Part shown: positions 44,417-54,208 of the stretch, piece by piece
How positions within the stretch are numbered: the stretch's first letter is position 1
Layout: each line of letters begins with the position of its first letter
Origin: a virus
Taxonomy: Duplodnaviria > Caudoviricetes
IMG/VR virus record: IMGVR_UViG_3300015214_000026
Coordinates: 32,001 to 96,000 of that record
DNA: 64,000 nt
Direction: 5' to 3' (one strand)
Translations under genes and position numbers: made by a program
The notes under the pieces: generated by a model
The model's database searches: none
What the model was told of the DNA's origin: nothing
The model's input: the letters and a program-made list of their open reading frames with translations, nothing else

Positions 44417-44880
44417 TTAAAGGATTTTATCACGGGAAAGGTAAAGTAGCCACCATAATTAATCATATTAATACCACTAGAAGTGCTGAGGCGTATTCAA
44501 TAAAATACAAGAGTGTAGAAGATTTCTACATTTTATTGAGAGATGTATTAAAAGACGCTGATAAATCTCAAGCTAGATACGCTATACCGCATAGAATATT
44601 ACAGGGGTTTGTTGATACTTATTATGTATTAAAAGTGCTTGAAACTTGGGGTTTTAGGCCAGACGAGTATAGGGCTTATTGGTATAGATCACCTGATAAT
44701 TTATCCGCTACGCCATATGAAATTGTAAGCGGCCGCTATACTAGAGATAGTGTATTAGTAGTAAACAATACTATAGAAGGTGGTGTTAAAGATAACCTAT
44801 ATATTGTGCGTAATCTATATAAAGACGTGCTTACCGTTACTGATAGCCTCACAGAGGCTGAAAGGTATATGACGCTGTGA
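44413..44880 (+). CDS. hypothetical protein
   Basis: replication operon packing. Confidence 0.7.
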   Translation: MIKGFYHGKGKVATIINHINTTRSAEAYSIKYKSVEDFYILLRDVLKDADKSQARYAIPHRILQGFVDTYYVLKVLETWGFRPDEYRAYWYRSPDNLSATPYEIVSGRYTRDSVLVVNNTIEGGVKDNLYIVRNLYKDVLTVTDSLTEAERYMTL

Positions 44881-47735
44881 AATCTCCAAAGATTAGTAAT
44901 AAGACTATAAAAGTAGATGGTCAAAAGCTGAAGCAATACATTGTTCAGTTTGGAGAGAACGCTAAAAAGACAATATTGATATTAGACCATTGGTTTAATC
45001 TAAGTCATGATATCCATAGGTCTACTTTTGCTAATCTTTGTTACGAAGTGTGTAAAGCCGAGCGTAAAAACGCTCGTTTTGTATATCAGGAGCTGGGTTC
45101 TACGAACGAATCCGGCATTAGCCGTATTATAGCCAATGTTAAGCCAGATGGAATAGTATTCGTACACCAAACTCCGTTCAATCGTATTAATTTAAATCCA
45201 TTGGAATATTTTGGATTTGTTAGAAATTGGCAAAATATCCCTACTATTTTGTCTACACCGTTTAGAGAATGGTCTAAAACAGAGGGTTTTGAGAAGGGGG
45301 AATCAGGCAAATCTCTTATAGGGTTTAATTTAAAACATATTCAATGTGCATTTAGAGGTAGTAATTATTTTTCTCCTATTACTGGCGAAGATTTAGACTA
45401 TAAACTTAGAATTATTAGATCGATCGAGCAATTTGATAAATTCTATAAAGTACTATCTAATCAAAGTTTAGTTGCTTTGGATGTTGAGAGCGCTAATCTA
45501 AACAGAACAGTTAATACGCTGTTCACTATTCAGTTTGGGTTACAACTATCTAATAAAAAGATAGCTTATGTTCTTCCTTGGAAACAAAAAGATCATTTAT
45601 GGTCTGACAAGGAGTTAAAATACATAAAGCGTAAACTACAAAAATTTTTTAGTAGAGAAGAAGTGGAGTGTATATTTCATTTTGGTCAGTTCGATATTGG
45701 ACAAATTAGCGTTAATTTAGAGCTACCATTCTTCCCATGTAAGGTATGGGATACTATTGGTGGTGAATTTGCTGTTGATGAAAACTATAAAGCTTGTGAA
45801 AAAATAATTGATCTACCTAACGGTGGTTCTTATAAGCCATATGCGTTAGAATATGTAGAACATAGATACGGCATATTCCGCTCAGAAGGCATCGTAATTA
45901 ACAAGGAAGATAGAGCCAATATGGCTAAATTTTCACTTGATGAGATAGCTGAATACGGCGCGATCGACGTAATTAATCTTCTTGAAATACGCAAGCGACA
46001 GATAGAACAATCTACAGAGAAATTTATAGGATATAAGTCTAAGAACAACTATAAGAATCTAGTAGTTAATCAGCTAGGAATGATGATTTCCACATTCTCT
46101 ATGCTAATGGACACGGGTATTTATATAGATTTGGATAACGCAAAGGAATTAACTAAATCGGGCAGTATTTTCGATAAAACAGTTGAAGGCATTAAAGATT
46201 CTGTATTAAATACAAAGTCTGGTAAGAAAGCCAACAATCGTATAATGCGTAGGATGGGTATTAACCCATCAGGAGGGATGTTTTCATCACAAAAAGCAGA
46301 TGTTTTATCTCTAACTAAACCCGCCCATTTAAGAACATTGTTCTTTGATGTAATGAAATTAGAGCCAACTAAGACTGGCAAATCCGGCGAGCCGTCTACA
46401 GATAAGAGTTTTCAAAAGACTTATAAACATATTAAAGAAGTAAAATTATTTTCTCACTTTAATAAAACAAAAATTCTTAAATCCACTTTTGCTGAAGGTA
46501 TTATTAAGAGGTACAAAGAAGACGCTGATTTCCAAAATGACGGTAGACTTAGACCATTTTTCGGGTTTACAAAGGTTTTGCCCGGCCGTATTTCAGTTGT
46601 TAGGCCGAACTCACAGAATATTGCTACTCACGCGGATAAAGAGTTTGAACTTCACAAAGATTTGATTAAAGGAATCAAAGGCAATTTCTCTGTAAAGTTT
46701 GGTAGAGTTATGCTGGGTTCTGACTTCTCAGCGCATGAAATTCGAATGACTGGTGTTATTGCTAAAGATAAAACAGTTAGGAAAACTTTTATTCTAGCTA
46801 ATAACGCTATCAAACAATTTCGTCTAGCCAATATGGATAAATTGGAAGAGGCGAAGAAGATATTAGAACGTGAAGGCGACATTCATATTTTGAATGTCAG
46901 ATTTTTCTTCAAAAAGAACGTTGATAAGAAGCATGTTCTTAGACAACAGATTAAGCAGGTAGTTTTTGGTGTTTTATACGGTAAAATGGCTAAGGCTCTA
47001 GCTAAAGAACTTGGAATAGATGAAGATGAAGCTAAGAATCTTATCGATATTCTATTTGAGCGTTGGGATGGTGTAGCCAATTGGATTGAAAATACTCATA
47101 GAACAGGTAAAGAAACCTTTATGGTTCATTACCCTAATCATCGTATTCGTCATCTATGGGCGTATATGCATGATGATATTTGGGTTGAACGAGCTATGGA
47201 TAGGCGGGCAGTCAATAGCCCAATTCAAGGCTTTAGTTCTGATATCGGCATAGCATCGGTTTATTCTTCCAAGGAATGGACATTTAATAATATAACAAGG
47301 CGGGGTTATAATTTAGATAGTCTTCATACTAATATAGTCCATGATGCTCAATATAGTGATGTATTATATGAACATATGCCATTTGCTGTATATCTAGCTG
47401 AACATTCTATGTCTACACTGCCTATGAATTATTATAGAGAGAAATTTGATTTTGAAATATCCATTCCATTATCCTATGGAATGGAATTTGGTGCTAATTG
47501 GGCTAATCTTAACGAATGGGATTTCAGGCCAGAAACATTGTTGAGTATGCTAGAAAAAGAAGGTCAAAGATTAGAAAAATCTTCTAAAACTATAAATAGA
47601 GTGTTGGAAGACACCAAGTTCATGCTTAAAATACGTGAAAGTGAGCTTAAATCTGATCCTTATAGTATGAAAGTAGGGCATAATTCTATAAACGAAGTGT
47701 TTGAAGGTTTACACATGTTTAGGGCTCAATCATAG
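44877..47735 (+). CDS. polA: family A DNA polymerase with 3'-5' exonuclease and extra N-terminal domain
   Basis: ExoI ALDVES, ExoII FHFGQFD, ExoIII YGAID; motif A SDFSAHEIR, B RQQIKQVVFGVLYG, C IVHDA. Confidence 0.95.
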   Translation: MKSPKISNKTIKVDGQKLKQYIVQFGENAKKTILILDHWFNLSHDIHRSTFANLCYEVCKAERKNARFVYQELGSTNESGISRIIANVKPDGIVFVHQTPFNRINLNPLEYFGFVRNWQNIPTILSTPFREWSKTEGFEKGESGKSLIGFNLKHIQCAFRGSNYFSPITGEDLDYKLRIIRSIEQFDKFYKVLSNQSLVALDVESANLNRTVNTLFTIQFGLQLSNKKIAYVLPWKQKDHLWSDKELKYIKRKLQKFFSREEVECIFHFGQFDIGQISVNLELPFFPCKVWDTIGGEFAVDENYKACEKIIDLPNGGSYKPYALEYVEHRYGIFRSEGIVINKEDRANMAKFSLDEIAEYGAIDVINLLEIRKRQIEQSTEKFIGYKSKNNYKNLVVNQLGMMISTFSMLMDTGIYIDLDNAKELTKSGSIFDKTVEGIKDSVLNTKSGKKANNRIMRRMGINPSGGMFSSQKADVLSLTKPAHLRTLFFDVMKLEPTKTGKSGEPSTDKSFQKTYKHIKEVKLFSHFNKTKILKSTFAEGIIKRYKEDADFQNDGRLRPFFGFTKVLPGRISVVRPNSQNIATHADKEFELHKDLIKGIKGNFSVKFGRVMLGSDFSAHEIRMTGVIAKDKTVRKTFILANNAIKQFRLANMDKLEEAKKILEREGDIHILNVRFFFKKNVDKKHVLRQQIKQVVFGVLYGKMAKALAKELGIDEDEAKNLIDILFERWDGVANWIENTHRTGKETFMVHYPNHRIRHLWAYMHDDIWVERAMDRRAVNSPIQGFSSDIGIASVYSSKEWTFNNITRRGYNLDSLHTNIVHDAQYSDVLYEHMPFAVYLAEHSMSTLPMNYYREKFDFEISIPLSYGMEFGANWANLNEWDFRPETLLSMLEKEGQRLEKSSKTINRVLEDTKFMLKIRESELKSDPYSMKVGHNSINEVFEGLHMFRAQS

Positions 47736-47830
47736 CTTGTGGTAAATTAGTATAGAAGGAGTTTACACAAAGCGATCGAAAAAGTCTAATACGAAAAAAT
47801 AATACAATATCCTCTTATCATGCGGAAAGT

Positions 47831-48877
47831 ATGATGCTTAACAAGTTCGCTTTTATGGAAGAAAAATACAATATACCACCGTCTAACCAACTAAGAAACA
47901 TGTGGAGGCTGTGGAGAAGTAATAAGATACTTCCGAATGAGTATTTTGATTTACGTCTAGTTAATGATGATATGTTTAATTATATAGGGTTGATTAAATC
48001 TAAGGAGATTTGGAATAAGTATAATACTAATAAAGAAGCAGCAGCCTATATTAATAACAAATGGAAGTTTTATCACAAGTTTCCTGATTTGCCTGTTCCA
48101 GAAACTACATTGCTGACTTTTGATAATCTAAATGAGCAAATTGTTGAGGTATACGAACTATCTAGACATACAGACTTGTTCTTTAAACCAATAGACGGAT
48201 ACGGCGGCCAAGGCGCATTCAAAATTACTAGCAAGCATGTTAAGAGAAATGTAGAGGATATACTTTTAAGGAAGTATTCTAGAGGTTACGTGTATCAAAA
48301 GGCTTTAAAACCTCATTTTGATATGGCTAAGTTTACAGACTCCCGCGGTATTGGCGCCTTACGGATTATTACCTTAGTTAGACAGCCGGATAACATTGAA
48401 ATCATAGGTGCTTTTACTAAATTTGTAGGTTCAGGCAACATTACAGATTATACATCGAATCCAGGCAATTACCTAGTCGGTGTTGATATAACCAATTGGT
48501 CGCTGACTTATGCTATGACTAATAGTGGATTGGAATCGAAATCGTACACAAGTCTAAATAATCATGATATATATGGACATGAAATACCAGTAGGCGTAGA
48601 TTTTGATGAAGAAATCTATAGATGGGTTAGCGTTGTACATAACAATTTGAAGTTAGAAACCTCGTTAATTGGGTGGGACATAGCAGTAACCAACGAAGGC
48701 ATCTATTGTTTAGAAGCTAACCTGAAGCCGGGTTTTGCTTCTTTACAGAAGGCTGACGAGAAAGGATACTTAAATGTTTTTGAATATAAAAATTGTGTAT
48801 ATCCTGATTATCCTAACACTAAGTGTGTTACTAAGAAAGATCTCACAACTTCTTGGAAACCACGCGGAAAACCTTAA
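47831..48877 (+). CDS. second ATP-grasp ligase (ATPgrasp_ST-like)
   Basis: PNEYFDLRL, FFKPIDGYGGQG, ALRIIT, IGWDIAVTNEGIYCLEANLKPG. Confidence 0.88.
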   Translation: MMLNKFAFMEEKYNIPPSNQLRNMWRLWRSNKILPNEYFDLRLVNDDMFNYIGLIKSKEIWNKYNTNKEAAAYINNKWKFYHKFPDLPVPETTLLTFDNLNEQIVEVYELSRHTDLFFKPIDGYGGQGAFKITSKHVKRNVEDILLRKYSRGYVYQKALKPHFDMAKFTDSRGIGALRIITLVRQPDNIEIIGAFTKFVGSGNITDYTSNPGNYLVGVDITNWSLTYAMTNSGLESKSYTSLNNHDIYGHEIPVGVDFDEEIYRWVSVVHNNLKLETSLIGWDIAVTNEGIYCLEANLKPGFASLQKADEKGYLNVFEYKNCVYPDYPNTKCVTKKDLTTSWKPRGKP

Positions 48878-48928
48878 TTCTAGGATGATAAATAGAGAAT
48901 TATCCAGCAATATGAAGGAAAATATATC

Positions 48929-49480
48929 ATGATTATTGCATTAACTGGTGATCGATTAGTAGGTAAATCGTCTGTAGCTAATCATCTTACACATAACCAT
49001 GGCTTCATACGTGTACACCCGTTTGATGGTGGTAAGCAAATGTGTAAAGCTTATTACGTTTATCATGGATTTAGTGAAGAAGACGCTGAAAGAATGATAA
49101 ACGGCGATCTTAAAGATACGCCAATGGAAGATTTGCCTTATGGGCAATCTTCTAGATATTTCATGGAAGAAGTAGGTAAATTTATTCCTACTTTAGGCTT
49201 AGATTGGACACTTGGGGCGGAAATTAAACGTGTCCATAGAATGTATGGGGACGTAGATATAGTAATTGAGTCGCTGGTATACGAAGAATTTGTAGTTCGT
49301 GAGTATGTTAACTCAATGATTATTAGAATTGAAAGACCGGATGGGTATATAACAGGCATGCATTCGAGTGTAGCTGTTAATACTATTACGCCCGATATAA
49401 CTGTTCAAAACACTGGATCAATAGATATGTTGTATGCGGTGTTTGATGGCTTAGTTTTAGGGACTAGACAACATGTCTGA
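48929..49480 (+). CDS. deoxynucleoside monophosphate kinase
   Basis: IIALTGDRLVGKSS, KDTP...SSRYFMEEVG, IRIERP, HSS. Confidence 0.85.
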   Translation: MIIALTGDRLVGKSSVANHLTHNHGFIRVHPFDGGKQMCKAYYVYHGFSEEDAERMINGDLKDTPMEDLPYGQSSRYFMEEVGKFIPTLGLDWTLGAEIKRVHRMYGDVDIVIESLVYEEFVVREYVNSMIIRIERPDGYITGMHSSVAVNTITPDITVQNTGSIDMLYAVFDGLVLGTRQHV

Positions 49481-49781
49481 TCCTATTCCAACACATGAAT
49501 TTAATCCTCCTCCTACTAATGATTCTGGCACTAACATAGTTAAACCTGTTAATCTAATCCCTTCATTTGTTGTCACAGAAAAAGCAACAGGAAATCTACG
49601 TTTAAAGAACGGTAGATTGCAAATGTGCTATCAAGTAGACTACGTAGATAGCACGACTAACGCTTATAATATATATTTAGAATGGCGTTATGTAGATGAA
49701 GTAGATGAATCGGCTCCTGATAAGGAAATATTACATCAATCAGATAATTGGAGATTCATAAATGAAGGTGACAAAAGTTAG
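49473..49781 (+). CDS. hypothetical protein
   Basis: operon packing. Confidence 0.65.
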   Translation: MSDPIPTHEFNPPPTNDSGTNIVKPVNLIPSFVVTEKATGNLRLKNGRLQMCYQVDYVDSTTNAYNIYLEWRYVDEVDESAPDKEILHQSDNWRFINEGDKS

Positions 49782-49965
49782 TGTATCATTTGGTAGAACA
49801 GTTAATCCTAGGCAATATAATCCTGTTCGTACTGAAATGTATATAGAAGCAGAATTAAGTAAAGGCGAGGATGAACGTGAAATTAGGAAGAAGCTATTTA
49901 ATAGATTAAAGAAGGACGTTGATAAAATTTCAGAAAAGATTTTAGAGGATGAAAAAGAAGATTAA
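49762..49965 (+). CDS. small conserved phage protein
   Basis: VSVSFGRTVN..QY...R motif. Confidence 0.7.
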   Translation: MKVTKVSVSFGRTVNPRQYNPVRTEMYIEAELSKGEDEREIRKKLFNRLKKDVDKISEKILEDEKED

Positions 49966-50164
49966 GAATTTATTTAACGCGCTATTTAAATCGCATAATA
50001 AACAAGTTCATAATACTTATATGCGTATAGAAGGTAAATGGTGTCGAGCTACTCGTGTAAAAATAAATGGGAAATATATAAATATCAAGGAAACAAGATA
50101 TGACGGAAGTGAAGATTAACCTATTGTGGAGCAGAATAATGGCTCCTAATCAACCAATATTACT

Positions 50165-50389
50165 ATGGGAAAGCAAATGTTAGAGAGTGAAAAGACTATT
50201 AATATAGTCTATACAAACTATAAAAACCTTACAGGTATTAGAAGGATCACACCTATTAAAATATGGTTTGGTTCTACAGCCTGGTATCCAGAAGAGCAAT
50301 GGCTACTTACCGGATACGATCATGACAAGGGCGCTTTAAGAGATTACGCCTTCTCCCATATTAAATCTTTTAATGTAGAAACTCCCTAA
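50165..50389 (+). CDS. stand-alone WYL-domain protein
   Basis: YTNYK...RRITP..IWFG...QWLL..YD.DK.A.RDYA. Confidence 0.8.
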   Translation: MGKQMLESEKTINIVYTNYKNLTGIRRITPIKIWFGSTAWYPEEQWLLTGYDHDKGALRDYAFSHIKSFNVETP

Positions 50390-50430
50390 TTCTCATATGG
50401 AATACATCATAACCCATATGAGAGGCTATA

Positions 50431-50565
50431 ATGTCTACTGGAATTAAAACACTGCTTATTATTTTATTGTTAGTAGGTTTAGTATATGGTATTTCTTATG
50501 TGTCAGAAAATTCTGACCTTGTGCTTATTAATTTACTTTCATTTGCTAATACATTTGTTAGGTAA
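50431..50565 (+). CDS. small membrane protein
   Basis: MSTGIKTLLIILLLVGLVYG...; GAGG RBS inside the hairpin TCTCATATGG/CCATATGAGA. Confidence 0.5.
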   Translation: MSTGIKTLLIILLLVGLVYGISYVSENSDLVLINLLSFANTFVR

Positions 50566-50570
50566 CTATT

Positions 50571-51020
50571 ATGTATAAATCTGTTTGGGTTATATTAACT
50601 GTAGGTGATGAGGTTCTTTTACTTAAACGAGGTAAAAAGTCTAACAATCCAAATCTATGGAATTTTCCCGGCGGCGGCGTAGAAAAGAATGAAGCCATAA
50701 AGACTTCCGCCGTTAGAGAAGTTTGGGAAGAAGCTGGAATCAGAATTAAAGAGTCTGATCTAGTATTCACTAAAAGAGAAGAAAAATCAAAAAGAATACT
50801 GTATTTTTATACAGTAGCGTTTGACAAGAAACCTACAGTAAAAATCAATAAAGAAAGCGCAAAATATAGATGGGTTAAATGGGAAGATTTTCCGATAAAT
50901 CTCCATAAACCTACTAGATTTTTCTATAAAAACAAAATAAAGAAGGCTGAAAAAGCTTCAATTGGCTCCGCTTTAACAAATCTTGTTAATAAGGCCTTAG
51001 AAGTAGCTAAGAAAAAATAA
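50571..51020 (+). CDS. Nudix hydrolase
   Basis: Nudix box GGGVEKNEAIKTSAVREVWEEAG. Confidence 0.93.
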   Translation: MYKSVWVILTVGDEVLLLKRGKKSNNPNLWNFPGGGVEKNEAIKTSAVREVWEEAGIRIKESDLVFTKREEKSKRILYFYTVAFDKKPTVKINKESAKYRWVKWEDFPINLHKPTRFFYKNKIKKAEKASIGSALTNLVNKALEVAKKK

Positions 51021-51044
51021 AATAAATAACGAAAGGAAATTAAT

Positions 51045-51659
51045 ATGCCCAATGTGGTATTTCTTACTGGTAGTTCGGGAGTGGGTAAATCTTCATTAGC
51101 TGAATTGCTTTTTCGCAAACATGGTTTTTATATTGAAGCTTTATCAGCTAGAACACCAAGGGCCTTAATTAATAACCCTAATTTTGAAATACTAGAGAAA
51201 TTTCCACATAAGGGAATGGCTCATCAAGAGCTTGTTTATACATTTTTTGAAGAATATATAGCTTCTAAATTAGCGTATATCGATAATCTAAATATAGATG
51301 CTAATTATCTATTTGAGAGAGATTTAATAGACGTAGTAGGTTATTCCTACGCATTCTCTAAACAATGGACTTGGCATGATTATACAGCTTGGCTGGATTT
51401 TCAGCTTTGTTCTGTAAGAATGTTTAGAGCTAGAATGAAATTGAAGTATACAAACATTAATTTCTTTTATGTATACGTACCTATTAATGAAACAGTTCCG
51501 TATGAAGCTATAGAAGCAAGACCTAGTAAAAATATTCGTAATCTTTGCGATGAATTTATCAAATTGTCCGATACCTTTGATATAGCGTTAATACCCTCTA
51601 ATATAGAAACTTACGCAAACGAAATAGTGGTTAATGTATCAAATCCTAATATTTTATAG
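51045..51659 (+). CDS. P-loop nucleotide kinase (AAA_28/NadR-Ttd14-like)
   Basis: FLTGSSGVGKSS, FERDLIDVVGY. Confidence 0.8.
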   Translation: MPNVVFLTGSSGVGKSSLAELLFRKHGFYIEALSARTPRALINNPNFEILEKFPHKGMAHQELVYTFFEEYIASKLAYIDNLNIDANYLFERDLIDVVGYSYAFSKQWTWHDYTAWLDFQLCSVRMFRARMKLKYTNINFFYVYVPINETVPYEAIEARPSKNIRNLCDEFIKLSDTFDIALIPSNIETYANEIVVNVSNPNIL

Positions 51660-51912
51660 AATATCTGATCTTCTCATCCGCATTTAAAGTAGCGGATAAA
51701 TAAATATCACTATATTTAGGTATAGCTTCATCAGTATAAATATTATTGATAAGCAATGATTTCCACGGGGTGTTACCTGATTTATAAAAAACATAAACAG
51801 GCACATCATTATAAATTAGCTCTATAGAAACTTTATCTAAGGTAGACACAATTGGGGATTTAACAACTTCCCTGTGTTGTGTTCTGCCTTTTATTTCACC
51901 AAAAACTTCCAT
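51646..51912 (-). CDS. hypothetical protein
   Basis: last gene of the convergent late operon. Confidence 0.6.
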   Translation of the reverse strand: MEVFGEIKGRTQHREVVKSPIVSTLDKVSIELIYNDVPVYVFYKSGNTPWKSLLINNIYTDEAIPKYSDIYLSATLNADEKIRYSIKY

Positions 51913-51935
51913 GGCTTTATCACTTAAATTTATAA

Positions 51936-52541
51936 TTATTTATATGGAATGGGCTTACCCATGGAATTTAATTCAAACTTAGACGCTTCTTTAACATACT
52001 TCTCGTCGTCATTAACTATAACTCGTAAACTAGCTAAATAGCTAGACGCACTATCCCAAGCCATATATCCAACAGTTACCGCTGCGCGTTTAGCTAACCA
52101 TTGAGCGCGGTTGTACACAACCAGCTTTTCATGTGCTTGGGCATATTTTTCTAATAAAATACCAATTTTAGCTCTATAGTCTCGTATAGTTTTATTTTTA
52201 AATTTACCTTTTTCTTTAAAATATTCAAAATTATTCTCAATATTTTGATGAAATTCCCTTTCAAAACCATAAGAACTATTAAGCCATTTATATGTCTTAT
52301 GGACCTTATCATACACCATATCATGACCTAATTCATTATTAGTAGGTAAGCGATCATTAGGTGTATGTTTAACAAGGTGCGTCATTCTATGAGTTATATC
52401 GCCTACATGCTCGACTAACGGGTTTAGTACGCCTCCACCCATCAAGAATTGAATATCAAGCATACGTTGTTCTGGTTCACCCCGCTGATCGTCACCTAGT
52501 TTAACAAAAGCTTTCTTAACAGATTCAGGAAAAATATTCAT
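51936..52541 (-). CDS. hypothetical protein
   Basis: 201 aa, ATGA coupling. Confidence 0.75.
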   Translation of the reverse strand: MNIFPESVKKAFVKLGDDQRGEPEQRMLDIQFLMGGGVLNPLVEHVGDITHRMTHLVKHTPNDRLPTNNELGHDMVYDKVHKTYKWLNSSYGFEREFHQNIENNFEYFKEKGKFKNKTIRDYRAKIGILLEKYAQAHEKLVVYNRAQWLAKRAAVTVGYMAWDSASSYLASLRVIVNDDEKYVKEASKFELNSMGKPIPYK

Positions 52542-52885
52542 TTTGTTTTCTTCTTAAGCTTTCTATTAAAATATGTAGATATGGCCTTGCTGGCGATCTT
52601 TTGACGTCCGTTTAATTTACCAGAAGCCTGTGATTTACGTACACTATTAACTAGACGCCTATCACAAACACGTTTATTTTCTCCAGAATGATAGCATATA
52701 TCGTGACGCTTACAAGCAGAATCGATACGATCTATAGGCTTACCACCTTGATTACCCTTACCACAGTAATTTCCATATATTTTATGAAATTTCTTGGTTT
52801 TAGGTAAAGATATTTTATTTCGTTTCTTTAACGAATCACTTATCTTCTTTCGTGTAGCAGCACTATGCTTGGAGCCTTTTCTCAC
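52538..52885 (-). CDS. phospholipase A2-like protein with N-terminal NUMOD3-like basic motif
   Basis: YGNYCGKG, PIDRIDSACKRHDICY, CDRRL; KHSAATRKKIS. Confidence 0.85.
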   Translation of the reverse strand: MRKGSKHSAATRKKISDSLKKRNKISLPKTKKFHKIYGNYCGKGNQGGKPIDRIDSACKRHDICYHSGENKRVCDRRLVNSVRKSQASGKLNGRQKIASKAISTYFNRKLKKKTK

Positions 52886-52896
52886 TTATACCTCTA

Positions 52897-53172
52897 TTAA
52901 CCAATAAATACGTCTGGTGAACCTTCTGCTCTCGAATGTCCACAAGAATCCGCGTCGCCTTTACGATTTATACTTATATTCTCAGCGAATACCGTAGTTG
53001 AGCCATTAGCGGTAACAGTACCTGTATGCGGCGGAATGAATGGTGGATGCGGAGTTACAGGACTACCATTTACCGATATTAATATATTATTAGCGTATAC
53101 CGTAGACTGTAGTGAAGAAGACACTACACCGCCTGCGTCATTAGCATCACCTATTCGATGACATTGCGGCAT
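52897..53172 (-). CDS. PAAR-repeat spike tip protein (T4 gp5.4-like)
   Basis: HRIGD, GSTTVF, RKGDADSCGH, GSPDVFIG. Confidence 0.9.
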   Translation of the reverse strand: MPQCHRIGDANDAGGVVSSSLQSTVYANNILISVNGSPVTPHPPFIPPHTGTVTANGSTTVFAENISINRKGDADSCGHSRAEGSPDVFIG

Positions 53173-53174
53173 AA

Positions 53175-53441
53175 TTACTCACCAAAAAGAGCGATAAATA
53201 ACTTATTTCGTAGGCCTGTAGGTACATTATTATACTGAACATACGCTTTATAAGAAGCGGACAGGTTCTTATAGTCAGTCTTAGCAGTTTCACGAATAGC
53301 GTGACAGGCTTTCTCTATAAATTTTTCCTCAATATTTTCTAATTTTCTAGACCTAGTAGAATTATTGGATATAGGAGTTTCAGAAGCGGTCTTTATAGCG
53401 GCAGACTCTAATGCTTTCTGAACAATGGTTTCTAAAGACAT
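53175..53441 (-). CDS. hypothetical protein
   Basis: GAGGA RBS. Confidence 0.68.
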   Translation of the reverse strand: MSLETIVQKALESAAIKTASETPISNNSTRSRKLENIEEKFIEKACHAIRETAKTDYKNLSASYKAYVQYNNVPTGLRNKLFIALFGE

Positions 53442-53459
53442 TTTAGCTATCCTCTTTTA

Positions 53460-53831
53460 TTATCTAGTTAATTTATTAATAAGCCCATTACGTTGAGTGC
53501 GTTGGCTGTTATACCAATTTGTGCATCTACGTATAGTATTATTGGCGGATAATAAAGCGATATCCGCCTTATCCAAGGCTATATCTAATCTATCACCCTT
53601 CTTTATATTAGAATTAACAGTTTTTGAACATGACGCTGGATAAGGAGGTAATTTTAAAGCTTCCTTTACTCGATTATCCGCTATAACAGTCTGTTTATCT
53701 AATTGTTTTCCAGTTTCTTCTGCTATCTTAGCCCCCGCTAACCTATCTGCAGCATTATTGGTTCCGCATCCTGTTAAGAATAGACTCATCAACAACACAG
53801 GCATCAGGAGGAGGTTGATCCGATAGTTCAT
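53460..53831 (-). CDS. o-spanin (Rz1-like lipoprotein)
   Basis: lipobox FLTGC, LPPYPASC; overlaps the i-spanin 3' end. Confidence 0.82.
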   Translation of the reverse strand: MNYRINLLLMPVLLMSLFLTGCGTNNAADRLAGAKIAEETGKQLDKQTVIADNRVKEALKLPPYPASCSKTVNSNIKKGDRLDIALDKADIALLSANNTIRRCTNWYNSQRTQRNGLINKLTR

Positions 53832-54189
53832 CTAATTTTTCCAATGCTTCCTTGAGTTCTTGTTCGTCTTTCTCAATCTGCTCTTCTAATTCACGTACTA
53901 TTCTGGATTCTATTTCCATCAAAATACGTTGTTCTTCTAATTGTTTTTCTTGTTCTGCTAATAGTTTCTCATTATTGATTATTATAGCTTCCAAAGCCTG
54001 AATTTCTGCCTTAGCAGTTATTTCCACAATAGTTTTTCTTATAGCTTCAGCTACAGCTGTATCTTTCATATAGATACCTATAACTATAGCAGCTATAATA
54101 AGACCTAATGGAATTTTTATAGGAAACTTAAATATAGCGTAAAGGGTAGAAAGTAACCCTTTGCCCATAGACAATAAAATTGGAATCAC
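53755..54189 (-). CDS. i-spanin (Rz-like)
   Basis: N-terminal TM, coiled coil, C-terminal Cys; follows the endolysin. Confidence 0.82.
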   Translation of the reverse strand: MIPILLSMGKGLLSTLYAIFKFPIKIPLGLIIAAIVIGIYMKDTAVAEAIRKTIVEITAKAEIQALEAIIINNEKLLAEQEKQLEEQRILMEIESRIVRELEEQIEKDEQELKEALEKLDELSDQPPPDACVVDESILNRMRNQ

Positions 54190-54208
54190 TTTCTACCCTC
54201 CAATATGA

